NCBI RefSeq assembly: GCF_009914755.1
Contig: NC_060930.1
DNA length: 64,000 nt
DNA from: the human T2T-CHM13v2.0 reference genome, Homo sapiens
Strand: one strand, 5' to 3'
Shown here: piece by piece, positions 41,154-56,076 of the stretch
Layout: every line of letters starts with the position of its first letter
Position numbering within the stretch: the stretch's first letter is position 1
Notes under the pieces: model-generated
Database searches by the model: none
The model's input: the letters and a program-made list of their open reading frames with translations, nothing else
What the model was told of the DNA's origin: nothing
Made by a program: the position numbers and the translations under genes

Positions 41154-44100
41154 GTGGGAAGAGGACTTCTTAATCAGATAAAAGGTATTTATGATATCTG
41201 GAAACATGACATATGACAGAACATGGCACTGAGGGTTGGTGGGGAAATGACAGGGAAGGCCACAGGCGAGGAACACACAGGGACCAACCCCCACTGGGAT
41301 TGCTAATGTTCCATTCCTTAAGCTGGGTGGTGGGTTCACAAGTGCTCATTTTATTTTCATAACTTATACATTATATACATTCTTGTCTACATATTTATAT
41401 TTCATATATTAAAGCCTTTCAAAGGACACAGAAACTAAAATGGGTTTCATAAGGACTTTTTAAAAAGCACCTTTTTTTTCTTGATGTGTTACTGAGTACC
41501 AAAGAAGAGACTTAAAAAAGAACATGGAGTTATAGAAAATAAAACTTAAAATAAATTCATGAAGAATCTTATATCTAGCTTCAACATATATACAAACACT
41601 CAAATTCAAGACTGCAACAAGTAAAATGAAATGCAATACAAAAGTACCTTTGAGTAGAATCCATCGTATGTGAGTTCTAATTATGCTGTAATGTCTGCTT
41701 CAGATCACTTCAACCTCTCTTTATCTGGAGAGGGGTTGGGGCTGGGTTAAGAATGTGATGAGAAGTGTTCCATATAGTGCTAAAATTATATGATTTTAGG
41801 TCTTGAAAAGCCACAATGGATTCAGGATAATAAACAGTGACAGGTACTTTGTTTTCCTCTCATTTCTGTTTTTTTAAAAATAATTTTTAATTTTTGTGTG
41901 TACATAGTAGGTACATATTTATGGGGCACATGAGATGTTTTGACACAGGCATGCAATGCATAATAATCACATCATGAAAAATGGGGTACCCATTCCCTCA
42001 AGCATTTATCCTTTGTGTTACAAACAATCTAATTATACTTTTAGTGAAAGGTACTTTCCTAACAATTTCAGAGAAAAAAATCATAAATTAACTTTGAAGA
42101 AAAACTGATGAAATATGACTTTCATTTTGGGTACCCACTGAAATTGCTTCAGAAATTCCAAAAAGCTTTTCTACACCATAACCAATTTTTAACTCCATAT
42201 AAGATTGCTCATTCTGTTCTTTTCTTCTCCTTGTTAATCCTTCCCCACCCTGTAAGGCCCAGCTCAGGTTTTCTTCTACATTATGTGGTGATTCTTGCCA
42301 CTTCTCTGGTTGTTTGTGTACAAGGCCAGACCTTGTGTTTGAGGACATGGAGTGCCTAACAGTGTACTGCAGGCAAAATGTTCGTTTACTGATTGTTACT
42401 GAATCAATTCTGAAATTCTCACTCTGGCATTCATGACTCTCCATCAGCAGGTTTACCTTGCCCATCTGGATTTTCTCTCCTCTTAAAATTCCTCATGCCC
42501 CTGTTTCCCTTGCAGTTTTTAATCCTGACCTCATATTCACCTAAAGATAATATGGCGTAGTGCACAGGGCATGCATAAAACTGAACCAGATAAAACTGGT
42601 GTTTTTGTAGTTGAAAACTCAGCAACTTCACATGTTTCAGTCTAATACTTTGGAGACCTGGGGTTATGTCTCTATTCTGCCACTTACAGCTGTGTGAACC
42701 TGTGTAAGTAACTTAGCCTCTCTGAGACTTAGGTTTCTCATTGATGAAGTGTGAATGAGAAAAAGTAGTAGCAGTAAGAAGTTGGGTGTTGGAGACAAGA
42801 CAGCCCAGAGTTTGACTGTGCTCTGCCATTTCTAACTAGTACAGCTTTGGGTAACTTATTTAACCTCTAAGACTCAATAGGAAAATAAGGACAGTATTAT
42901 CTATCTATAAGGTTATAAAAATTAAATGAAATGATGTACATGAAATGTCTTCACACGAGATTTTTTTCTTCTTTGAATTTTGGCTGTATAGTCAGTTCCT
43001 ACTTCAACTTGTGCCCGAAATTATAGTAGTCTCAAAGTTTTACTCCTCTCCAAAAGTATTATAACCTCTTAAGGGCAGAGACCATGCGTACTTTTTATAT
43101 TGTACTTCCCAGGATCTGGGAAATTGCTGAATATATAATAAACACATAATAGATACTCATTGAATAAAATGAGAACACAAGCTATTAGCACTCAGATACA
43201 AGATTGGTGCTTAAGCTTATTTACCTTTAGTATATAAGAATAACAACGACAAACACCAAAGAAAACCAGTGATGAAATGTTTCACTCTTACTTTTAGGAT
43301 ACTTTTACCCTTGACAAAGCAAGTATAGACATTATGAAATTATTCCTGAGTCTTTTTAACTTTCTTTGACTGAAAGCAAGTACACAAATATGCCCATAGT
43401 TATAACTGCTATTATAAATCAAAGGCATTTTTCCTTCAAAGTGGTGGCAGACCAGGGTTTCAGAGTCAGTGTAATGCTAATGCACATTTTAAAAAGAGAA
43501 ACACATGTTTGTGACATGTAAGAATCAGTATCAGTTGTGAGAAATCAACAAAATACAGTAGAAGTAATAATTAGGTTTTTAAAATGAGAATGGATTTAGT
43601 ATATTTAAAAAAGAGGTCACTGAACATCTGCAATATTAAAACAAATAAGTTGGACCTAATAGGAATTTTATAGTACTCCTTAAGCTTAAATCTTTTGCAA
43701 AATGATTCTTTGCTACACCCTTGTTTTCACCTTCTACTTTCCAAGAAACTCTTAGCACCTTCTGTGCATGCTTGTTTGTCCCACTTGTAATTTCCAACAG
43801 CTATGAAACTAAGAAATATAAGGCTTGCACTTTTAATGCAAGTTTCAAAACTGTTTTTAGACCAGCACAGTTAGATTTAAATCCATTAACTAATAAATAA
43901 ATCTTTATATTTTAAGAAATGTGTATCTCAATAAATAAAAATATGCTAATATGTTTGTATAAAAAAACTAAGGAAATATTTAAAAACAAGGCATAACTGT
44001 AGTTTTTGAGTATGTGAATAATACAAGGCATAAATAAGAGGAACACATAACATCTGACAATCAATGAAAAAACTCAAACTAGTTTGTGGCTGAATTTATG

Positions 44101-44881
44101 TTACTGTTTGTAACCAACTACTGAAGAAGTTTTTACAGTACTTATTTTTTAAAATCACTGGTAAAATTCTGAGGGTCACAAATGCTCTCAAACTATTAAA
44201 ACTCATTTAAGTTGCTCCTTCCTCTAAGACATTTAAAATTACTTATTCTATCCCCACATTAATTGCAAAGTTTAAGAGATATAGGCAAACTTGACTTACC
44301 AAAAGAACTGGATATGAAAGTCACAAGAGTATAGAAACGTGACACAGCAATTTAAGGCAGCAAAAGAATACTAAGCCAAATTTAAACCTCAGGGGCAGAT
44401 TACCATCAGTAGACATGAACCAGAATTGGCCTTTGACCAGAAATTTATCCCTATATTTATAAAAAGGAATTGGAAGTTATTTTACAGACAAAAATAAAGC
44501 TCAGCTTTTAATATCTTACCTGAAAGACTGGGAAAATATTTTCATAAGTCAGGAATTTACACCCAGTGTTATTATTTAGACTGACATTTAAAAGCTATTT
44601 AATACCCTCAGAAATCTTAGTAGCTAAAATTATACAAGCACAAAACACAGAGATTAAATGATGACTTCTATGATATTCTTGCTAAAGTAACATCTCAATA
44701 ATATAAATATTTTTAAAATGGGTATAAGTTGGTAATGTGGATTTACATGGGTACTTATTATGGTAGTTACAGATAATTAAATCTATACATGAAGGTTGTA
44801 CTGAAAATATTCTTTCTAATCTAAAGGTCTGTAGGCTTGATCTATTTTGGCTTCACTACAGTTTTTCATAAGGAAATTTCA

Positions 44882-45253
<372 letters not shown>

Positions 45254-46545
45254 CTATTCTCCAATAGAAAGGTATACTATGAAGAAGGAATTATTCAAAA
45301 CTATTACATAAGTTTCTGATTTAGAGTTTACCAGAACATTTGTTTACACAAAAGGAGGTGCAGAATGAAGATGGAAAAAAGTAGTATAATAAATCACATC
45401 CCTTAAATAAATAATAACAATGTATATTAATATCACTCAATATGCGATAAGAGACCTTTAAAGCAAATACTTTCCATGATCCTTGACACAAGGTTTCCTT
45501 ATGATACAGAAAGAACGCTGGTGGATTTTACTTCTTTCCAAGTGCTATTTTCTTTTTATTTCTCACTATCATGAGAGCAAGGAAGTGATATCAAGAGCCC
45601 GGTGAGGCACACTGTGGAGAGGCTGGCATACAACATGGATTAGTATCTACTGTGTGCCCTGGCACTTTCACATCTGTTAAGAACTCTGGGAGGTGGGTGT
45701 TATGGTCCCTATTTGCAGATAAGGGTGCAGAAGCTCAGGGAAATTAAGGAACTTGCCCAAAGTCACATATTTGACTAGTAAAAGTAGATTATAAAGTCCA
45801 TATGGAAATGTAATATGCCCACTTCTCTAAATAATCATAACTGTATCATCTTGCAGTCGTAATTTTCACTGACTGCAGCCTCCTCTAAGAGAATTCTTGA
45901 ATATAGATCTATACTGAATACAATTCCAGAAGGGGTATTCAGGCATTTATAAGAATGTATATTGTTTTAGTGAAACACAGAATGGCTCACCCAGGTGTAT
46001 AAAACATAAATTTGTGCAGTCATTGGTAGAAATTTATTATCAAGATAGGTTAACCTTGTTCAATGATATGATACAGCTACAATTCATCATCACTTAACAA
46101 CTGTTTAAATAATTAATGACAATGCAGACTATTAGAAGCCAAAATACCTAAATGTAAGAGATCTAGGGCTATAACAGCATGCATCACATCTAGTTTCACA
46201 TGCAAGTTAGAATGATTAAAGTATAGAGTTTGTGTGCTTTGCAATCAGGTCTGGATTCAAAACCTGGTTATAGGAATTACTGGCAGTATAAGGAAGTAAG
46301 AGACTTAGGTCAGTTTCTCTCATCCTCACTTTACCTGGCTGCAAATTAGGTGAAAAAGTACCAACTTCACAGGACTAAGATCCTGATAACAGGATTAACA
46401 TTCTGATAATGTATACTAAGAGCCTATCTGGCACAAAGTCAGTGCACAACAAATGGAAGCTGTTATTACTTTAGTTTTCTAATTGATTTGGGCATAAGTC
46501 TGATCTCTCCAAATGAGGTCCTTGCGGAATAGGCTTTATTGGTAT

Positions 46546-47134
46546 TGTCAAAGCCCTCTAGCCAAAGACTGCCAGGAACACACCAATAGTGGAAAGAGTT
46601 GGGTTTAATATTTATTGCAGTGAAGGAGAATGCTTACCATGGGGCAGCATGGGGTGTCTCAGTAAGAGGGTTTTAGAAAAAGAATGTATTATAGGATTTA
46701 GGCTTTGGTTGAGTGATTTTGGGGAAACTCAAAGGAAGGAGGGGTTCGTTCCAGATTGGCCGCTGTCAGAAAGCAAGGGCAATTCCACAGGGAGGGCAGT
46801 CCAGAGTGAGGACCAAGCTGTAATTGGTAAAGAAGCAGCAGTCACTCTTAATAGCTGGGAGAGGACAATGTTAGGTATTTTGTGGGTGGCACAGTGACCT
46901 TGTTTTTGTCTGTGCTTAGAAAACATTCCGAAGTAGTCTTGTTTTGTCTCCTTTTATCACGGTCTCAGCATTATCTTGTCTGATATTGGTGTTCTGAGAG
47001 ATTATGTCCAATAAGACAGTAACATGCTCTAGCTGTGACAGCCAGCCGTTGAGAATAAGGCTAGCTACTAACAACAGTGAGGCCACAGTGTCAAACCAGT
47101 TCCTGGATGTCAGGGACTGCTTTTTTCTTTCTCA
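46546..47134 (-). mobile_element. ERV1 solo LTR (MER67/MER31-like) in intron 13
   Basis: TG..CA termini with perfect 4-bp TSD GTAT (46542-46545, 47135-47138); AATAAA on minus strand at 46611-46616. Confidence 0.8.
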
Positions 47135-47748
47135 GTATCTTTTCAAAGCTTCTAGGAAGTCACATCTATTGAGTGTTTAAAAAGCTTCCTGAATTAATGA
47201 AAAAACCATGTTTGAAAGTGAGTTGTATGTTGTAAGAATGCAATCTTTTACACCTATACTTATATCATTACTTTTAATTAAGAAGCTTGCTTCATTTACT
47301 GTTCCTCTCAAATGGATGGCAGCAGAAAAACAACCAATTTAATTTTAGTTTACAGATGGAAATTCTAAGTGGTTTTACTAAGATTATGTTTTGAGTCAAG
47401 AGCCACAGTACAATAAGTTTACTTTCCTCTGCAAGATGGAATCACGCTTAGCCAGACTTCAAAAAGGATGGCACCTTCCAATTTTGAAAACACATATTGT
47501 GAATACTTTTCTTCCTCAAATGAATATCATCTTTGTGAGTAATTTAAAAGATTTAATGGTCACTTATCATACATTTTTTGGGAGAAATGTTTTCATAGTA
47601 CATTAGGATTAGTATTTGCCACTCTCATGCCAAGCTGAACATTAGGCATTTTAAGGCTATAACACAAATAATTTTGAAAGAGTGGATCAGTTTTAAAATG
47701 TGGCTACACAATGGTCATACATCACCTGTTTCAGAACAGGTTTTACTG

Positions 47749-47790
47749 CCATATCAAACTCTCCCTCACCCATATCAAACTCTCCCTCAC
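47749..47790. repeat. Perfect 21-bp tandem duplication (ccatatcaaactctccctcac x2)
   Basis: Direct reading. Confidence 0.95.
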
Positions 47791-49605
47791 CCCAAATCTT
47801 TCAGAGTGGTCTATGACAATTCCACAAATGACTGTCCCACACCCATAGTTGGCCTCAGTTCCAGCGTTTTACTACCTGAAGGTATTGTGAATTAAAAGGG
47901 TAACAACGAAAATCTCAAATAATGTGGAACTTGTGAAGAAATAAGTAAGACTTGGTGTGGGAAGATCAGTCCTGAATTATGGCAACACTTTTATTCTAGA
48001 GTCTACAGAAAAGCTTTCAAACTAGTAGCTGCTCCTGACATGTCTTAGGACAAGCTTCTCATTCCTAGTCAAACAGTTGGCTAGAAGTTCTCATAACTGG
48101 AATATCAGTGGCAATAGTAAACAGAGTTTAAAAGGCTGAGCTCATCAAACCTCCAAAGAATCAAAGCAAATAGCAGATGTCAAACTATCTGTTACTAAAT
48201 GGGCTGATTAAAACTTTTAAGTATCTGAGGGGGAGAAAACGGGAAACTTCAGCCAAAAGTTCTGGGGTCTTACAAAAACAGATGCACTGAAAAAAACTAT
48301 CACTAAATAATGAAATCAAGATTTAGAGTCACTAGTATCACAAAACATAATAAATTAATGTGTCTATATAGATTTTATTTACATATGTGTTTATAAGCAT
48401 TTTGTGAAATAAACATATTTCCAGATATAAATGAAGATCAAGGATATTCACCACTTAAATATTTGAAGTGGTTTTTGGTAAGTTGGTTGATGGGTATAAA
48501 AGACTTTTTTATTAATGACTACAAAGGATCTCCCAAATTTTAAGTATATTATACAAATGATATAATAATAAAATACCTTTTTAGGATGACAAGTACTAAT
48601 ACATATTATCATAAATTACAACAGATTGTTTATAATATATAAACGCTAAAATTTTACAAAAATATGGGTCACGATGTAATAATTTCATTACTTAATACTT
48701 AATAATTTAATACTTAATACTTCTTAATATGTAACAATTTCATTACTTAATTTCATTACTTTTATGCTGCTCTCATAAAACTTATTCTTGTACAGCTGAA
48801 AACAAACACCTTATAATTAATCTTCATTCATTTTACAGAATATAGTATATAATAAATTATATATGTCAAGTGTATTAATCTGAGTAACACAGAAAAAACA
48901 ATGACTGAGCTACTTTTATATACCTGGTGGGTTAAAACTCTGCACTAATCAGTAATGGCTTAAATTATAACACTGTCTGCATCATCTGCAAAGCAGCAGT
49001 GATAAAGAGACAAGGAGAGTTTAGAGGAGGATCCAGAAATATAAACAATGAAATCTTAACCACTGGAATAGAAGCCTTTCGAGAGTTTACACATTTGCTT
49101 AGTAAATGTTATCTTAAGGATATTTGAAAAAAATATTAATCCAGTGGATATGCCAAGTTAAAAGACGTTAGAGTTCTCCATGTAATGCCCTACGTGGCGC
49201 TAGAGGAGTAGCAACTTATTGGGGAAATGTTTACTACCCTTATTAGTAAAAAGGAGACATACTAATGATTCACTTTAAAGGACACTTTAATGATAAATTG
49301 TTAAATTATAAAATTGAATACTTATTAAAACATACATAAAACCATATAACATATATACAGCGCTAATGAACAATTTACTTTTCCATGGAGTTTAATAAAC
49401 CTACTTTAATAAATTATCTTTCAAGTTAAATTAACAATGGCACCTATGTTTTTTTCCCCCCTAAGTATTTAAGTTCAGGTGCAATGAATTTCTCTATCAC
49501 AACTTTAGGTCAACTCATAAAACTAATTTTGCAGAGTAGAATACAGTTAATTCTTGTTTTCTGCCTAGTATTCTTCAAAGATAGAAAATTTGAATGTTGT
49601 CTTAC

Positions 49606-49670
49606 CTGACCAGGTTCTGTTCCAGTTACAGTCAAGTCTTGGATGGATCTACGTCTTGGCTGTCCGTTGC
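49606..49670 (-). CDS. MAP3K7: TAK1 exon 13 (65 nt): [22 protein letters not shown] (contains RRRS PKA site, S412 isoform a / S439 isoform b)
   Basis: Acceptor ttctttttaaag|GC, donor CAG|gtaaga. Confidence 0.98.
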
Positions 49671-52600
49671 CTTTAAAAAGAAGAAAAAAAGTAAAATACT
49701 AAAATCTAGTCAAACAGACAAAAAGCGTGTAATTGCTACAGCAGAAAGTTGGAATTTGTTGCTCCTTGGATCTACACAAAATGTTTGTGGGGAAAAAAAA
49801 GTGAGTTTATTGCTAAGAAAAAAAAAAAAGAAGAGAAAGATGTAAAGAAAGGAAGAGAAACAGCTGCGGTGTTTTAACTCAAAAGTTGCTGGCCTACAAC
49901 AGAGTATGTCCTAATACAATAACCACTTCTACCACATGAATAGCTGCTGAACTCTCTTCCACCATCTTCTGTCATGTGTTTAAATAGATGAATGCTTGGG
50001 GGCTGGGGCTGATGACGGCATCTATTTCAAGGGCCTTACGTTACAGTTTTTACAGCAAGACAGCTAGCAGGTTGTAAGACACAACTGACTTTAACTGGCA
50101 GCAATACCTTGTTCATTTCAGGGCCTAGAAGATGCTTAGGCTTAAATTTGTTATATTGAGTCACGCTTACTTAATCCCCATTAGTCTTTGTCAGAATCTA
50201 GTAATTTATTATTTGTGAACAACAACTCTTAATTTCCTACTGGATGTTAATAACTGTCACTCTGTTCTCAAATATACAGCTTGTTGAAATGGGCTATTGT
50301 GTTAATTCTGCTTTAGAAACTTCTATGTTTATAATTAATTTAATTAAAAATCAATTTATGAGAGAATTCTACACATATAAGTCCTCAGCAAAACAATGAA
50401 TTGAGCAATGGCTTCACTCAGCACTTTTATTTGGGAATAAAGCTGTTTATGCAGTATCTTCTAACGTGAGAGATCAGCTGTCTAAAAGGAAACACCAAAA
50501 TACTGAGTAACAGCTGATACAATACTCAAAATTCTTTTGACTCTGAAATCTGTATTACGTAATTTCTCAACTAGTGGGCAACACTTAGAACATGTACTCA
50601 CTCTAATTGTAGTTTCCCGATTAGTAGACAGAATTCATTCTTAAAATTTTAGACTTCCAGAATCTTTCGTAGAGACATCCTTTTAAAACCAATCAGCAAT
50701 ATAATTTAGCACCTTAACCCACATGACCCCATTATTATGCTGCAGATAAACTAAAAGGACCTTACAATGGAATAAGAATGTTTAATAGAATAATATGTGT
50801 AGTGAATATAAAAACTCAAATTTGTAACTCCTCTTGCAAATGTAAGACATCATCAGTTTTTTTCCATTTTAAGCTACGTTTTATAATTCTTTGCATTATC
50901 TGAATTCACATTTACTTCAAATTTCATTTTATTCCAAAAATTTCAACTTTTCATTACAAACTAAAACAACAAAACTGTGCATTTATTGAATTAGATCCAC
51001 TAGATTACTTTTCTGAATACTTTCAACTACCCCTGTTTCCCAAGGACAAAAAGGATCCCCACAACCGTGACTAATAAGCAATTTTAGGCACATTTCATTC
51101 AACACATTCATTCTAAAATTAGCGGTGATGAGACAGGCTTGTAAAAGTGTCTGGAATTCTCTTTTCAGATTAGCAACACAGCAACATTTGTTAATCTGAG
51201 GAACCACCCGACACATGTGTCTATAAACCATTACATCACCATTGCAATAACAACAAAAACTGAACTTAAATTTAGGTGGAAGGATAGGAGAAAAGGGAAG
51301 TAAAACCTTTTAAGGAAGTAAGGTAAAGAAGAGCTGACAGTTAACAAATGCCATAAAATGAGAAATCTTTAAGCTACTGCATGAATCAAAGCAAGCAGTA
51401 TTAGGCAATGCATTTTAATTAGCACAACCATGGCAGAAACCATCTGGCAGATAGTTCAGACAAAGCAAAACAGGATTGCAATCAACAAATACTTGTTGCT
51501 CCAATATTAAATTTTAAGTCATAATTTAGAAATATGAATGTAAGAAAAATCAACCTCCTATTACTTCAAATGAAAATTACTGGGTGTGTTCTCAGTAAAT
51601 TTGAATTGATTCTGAAGTTTTTTGCAACTGAATACTAATTTAGACATTCACTCATTTTACCTTTTTTGGTCCTTTGATATGTACATACCTATATTATACA
51701 TGGTAGTGTAAATGGAAAAAGTAGTAGAAATGAGGACAGCATGATGTAAACAGATGCCTGATCAAGGAATCTGAAACCTGCATATGCTATCCTGAGTATT
51801 TCATTCTGTAATGAATTCTGGAACGTTCATGTCTTATAATAGAGAACAAATTCCACTTTTTAGAATGACTTCTAAGAATACATCACATTGCCAGTGCATA
51901 CTAAATCTGCACTCCTGCCCACCGCAAATAGAAAGCAACTTAGGGGTCAGTTCCATTCTTTTTACAGTAATGTCATTAAAACAGAGCCCCTCTTCAAAAA
52001 AGCTGCTCTTTTAAGTACAACTGATTTCCTGAGCTGGTATTTAAAAGTTATCCCGGGTTTCTTCCAGAGACTGCTGGCTTAGGTCCCAGACAGCCACTCC
52101 TGTAATTTTTCTTATCAGTTAAGCTCATAGTTTTCCTTGACTTACACTACTCTTATTTTCTACTTTAAAACTTCCTGAAGACTGTCTTCATGTAAGAATC
52201 AACACTACATTTTCCTGGAGACTTCTCTTAACCTAAATGTTAGAAATTTTGAGATTCACGAGTTTTGAATATTACACATTATGGGACACCATCCTCTTCA
52301 TGTGTAAAATACCCAAGATTTAAAAAAATGCATAGCATGATACACTAGCATTACATTACTGCTTCATGGTAAACTGAACATGTAATTTTAAAATATATGT
52401 TCTAATTTAGGCTGCCAAAGTTTCGTATTTCTTTACTAATTTTAACAAATTCTGGCTCTTTCACTGGAAAGGTCCGTCAGGTGGTTTATTTGCTTTCCAA
52501 TAAACCAGCTTTATTAGGTTAGAGTTGAATTTTTTAGATTACAAAAAGTGATCTTGGTAGACTATACAATATGGCAGAAAGGCCACCTAAATATTCATTA

Positions 52601-55600
52601 TAAAGTTAGATTAACTTCCCTATTTAATATGCCACAAATAGAGAATTTTATTGAAAGTGAGGTGGCTATACACAGAAACTAGTACAGTACATCTTAGTAT
52701 AGCACCCCTTAGCCCTAGGATCCCTATCAAAGGCTTACATCTGCTAATGACACTATCTGTGCTAGGTAAGAACTTGCCAGATCTAGAAAAACTCAATTCT
52801 TTCTCTCTTTGCCTCTTCATATTGGTGCTGCAGTAGTCTGGAGGAAATATTTAATAACTTACATGCTTCCAGTTAAAGAAAGGTTTACAAACATTAGTTA
52901 TCGACCGGCTCTTGAACCAAATATACTATTAAAAAAGTGATATTTTCATCCTGGTGGAGAAAGCAAAATAGTGCTCAGGTGTCCTTGAAAAGCATCTCTG
53001 CTTCCAGTTGTTTAAGCATTCTATAAAGCCCTCCCCACCTAGATAATTTATTTGCCAATACCTGACATTTGAAACTTCTGAAGGAGGGCAACAAGATACA
53101 AGTATTAGAAGCCTAACTACTCATCTATTTTTCGGTTAAAATGTTTGGGCCTCTCTACATTCTACTTACTCCAATTTACTACTTATCATACTGTTAGTAA
53201 AAAACCAATATACAATAGAGCTAAACGTCCTTGACTGAAATTAAAAGCGAATACGCGTTTTTTATTCAGTTAAGAGATCTAAATGCGGCTGAAATCATAA
53301 GGACACCTAAGGTTTCTTTTTAGCTTTAAGAATGATATAACAAACAATAAATATCAATTAAGTTCAGGTTCTTCAGGAAACTAGGCAAAAATCTTATCTA
53401 TTTCAGTAAGATCTGACTCAAAAACATTTGTATATTCAATCTTCTTTTGCATATCCTTAAGAACAGTATGTAAGACAGAAAATCCTCTTTGGTCAAGGCA
53501 TTTTATTGCTCTCGAATGTTATGCCATATTATTTTAGGCTTAGAAATAACAAAAGGTACACTAAAGCAACACTGTTCAAGGTTCTCAAATTGAAGCACTT
53601 CAAGGCAATGTTCATCTATAGAATGGATGGTTTTCAAGTACTTGAAATCAAGCATTATAATCTAATCTGAACTAAGAAATAAATTTATCTATGATGATAT
53701 AATAGCATTAAAAATGTCTGTAATTTAGAAAATTTTACTTTTGCATATCACATTTGGGAAACTCATTTCACTTTATAAAAGCAATCAAGCTGGTATGAAC
53801 CATGTACAACAAATTTTATATCAGAGTAGAAGTGCAGAAGACTAATGTTTAATTAAATCTTTTATAGGTGGTAAGTATATATGTATATGACAGTATTTTT
53901 TTCCAGTAGATTTTAGAATGCATTATAATTACAGTTTATTTCCTTAAATGCTATAACTACTCACACAAAGGCTCCAGAGCAGAACAACCCATCTTCCATT
54001 ACTGATGCTACAAGCATGAAAAATAATTCGCTTTCTTAACTACTTATTCTCTTACTCTACATGTTAAACTGAAAAAGGTTGTTCCTCTTTTTTTGTAATA
54101 TTTAGGCATTCTACCTGTTCCTCTTTGACATTTGGATTTTTAAAAGAAATGTAAAATTTAGGTATTCTTCTAACATCAGATGAACTGCATTAGAATGTCT
54201 TACATAGTTTCACAATCCCAATAATCTATTTCATTTGTGTACTTGAGATGAAGGTGGGTGAAAAATAGATTCTTGGAAGCTTAGATAGTGACAAAAAGAA
54301 AATATGGGAAAAAGTAAAGAAAATCCATGCAAAACAATGATCTGTGTTCTTACTGCCCTTATTAAAGTCCTAGAACAAAAAAAATCTAGAAAAACTTCAA
54401 AGAATCCAATAATCTGCTACCTATTCCCTTTTCTTCAAATATAAATGTAACAAATTAGATGTACTGGCTGAAAGGAGAAAGGATATGGTTTTTAAAACTC
54501 AAGTTTTAATAAAAAACATTTAAGAAAATCTATTTCTTTTCTCGAAGTCCCTTCCAACTTACCAGCAAGCAAATGCATTAGAAAACTGTAGTTCATATGG
54601 TCTAAATACTGGGCAAGAAACTTCCACATTTACATTTACTTTGCTTAGGTAGCACACTGCTACTTGGCAGGACCTTCTCTACAAAGGAAGAGTCAGCAAA
54701 ATGTCACACACTCTACTGGTAATTTGCTCTTAGCTGCGTGTCTTCCTTGGTAAAAAGGAGCCAGGCTAATCTATAAAGCTCACTCTTTTAAGGGCAGATG
54801 GACAGTGGAAAGAAGGAAGGGTTACCGTACAAAAGTTTGTCAGTTCTTCAGAGCCAGTAATATGGTAGAAGAGGTATAAAAAATTGTACAGTCTGACCCA
54901 CAGGGAGTCCTAAGGTATTAAAGGTTAATTTCTGTATGATCTGAGAGACTACTAAATTGATAAATAGTGCTGTTTTGCTAAGTTGCTTTTTCTTCCACAT
55001 TTGACTGATGGCATAGTATACACATTTTGAAGAGCGAGCAAAAAACAAGATTACAAGATTAGGGTCTTTGCATTTCTTTACCTATGACTAGGTTAGACAT
55101 TTTAGTGACTTTAAAGATATATATACAAAACCTTTTTTGTGATGCTTGAAGGATTGCTCTTATTAAGAGAGGTAGTTCATTCCAAGAAGTACATTAGACT
55201 CAGTACATTGCACTTGGCCAAAGGGAAGTATTAACGAAACTCTTATCCATGTAAATAAGATCTTTAAAAAGCTATATTTAAAAAGAATCCTTGCAATTGG
55301 GTTTTAATGCTAATTAAACAGTTTGAATATATCAAGAAGTATTTGCTAATACCATAAAGCTTGTGGGAAATCCACTTAGAACAAAACAATTTCTAGAAAG
55401 TATTAAGAAATTTTGGAAATTAAGTATCACCCTTCTTTACAATTAAAATGTCATGTAGGAAATTTGAGATATTCCCAAAGGATGGGCGGTATTTTTATAT
55501 TTAATTTAAAAACATTACCTATGAGCACATTCATGATTGGCTTTTATGTCCACTAGTGTCAATTCTACAGCTTGTATTCTTCTATTAAAGAAAGTGCACC

Positions 55601-56076
55601 TGAGTAAGTTAATGTTTGATATCTGAGGGGGGAAAAGCCTAAAAAGAATATTTAATAAAAGGTATTACTGAATAATATTTTCATATGAATAGCACTGCTG
55701 CTCTGGCAATTAAGAGAATTAAGGTTACCTGATTCCATAAAGGCCCAATGTCATAAAAGAGGATCTCCCTGGCTGAAGAGCTCTCCTTAATGTGAACACT
55801 AAGAGAAAGCAAGAAGAAATTACTCTAGCTTCTCTGACTTAAACAAAAGAACAAAAAATGGATGTGACTTGGAGTCAGAAGATCTGGGTTGGGGTCCTGG
55901 CTATATGATTCTGGAAAAACCACTAAACATCATCAGATCTAAGTTCTTCGTCTGTTAAACAGCTATAATTTCATCCGATAACCTAGTTGTAAGATTGTAT
56001 AAAGGTAAAATAAGATGTACTTTAAGCTACTTTGTAGGGCACAAAGAACATCTAATCAGGGGTTTTCAGCCTCAGC

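Noticed and set aside
42088-42465. 125-aa minus-strand ORF in intron 13
   Set aside because: Overlaps L2-like decayed repeat, has no TAK1 similarity and no convincing splice sites.
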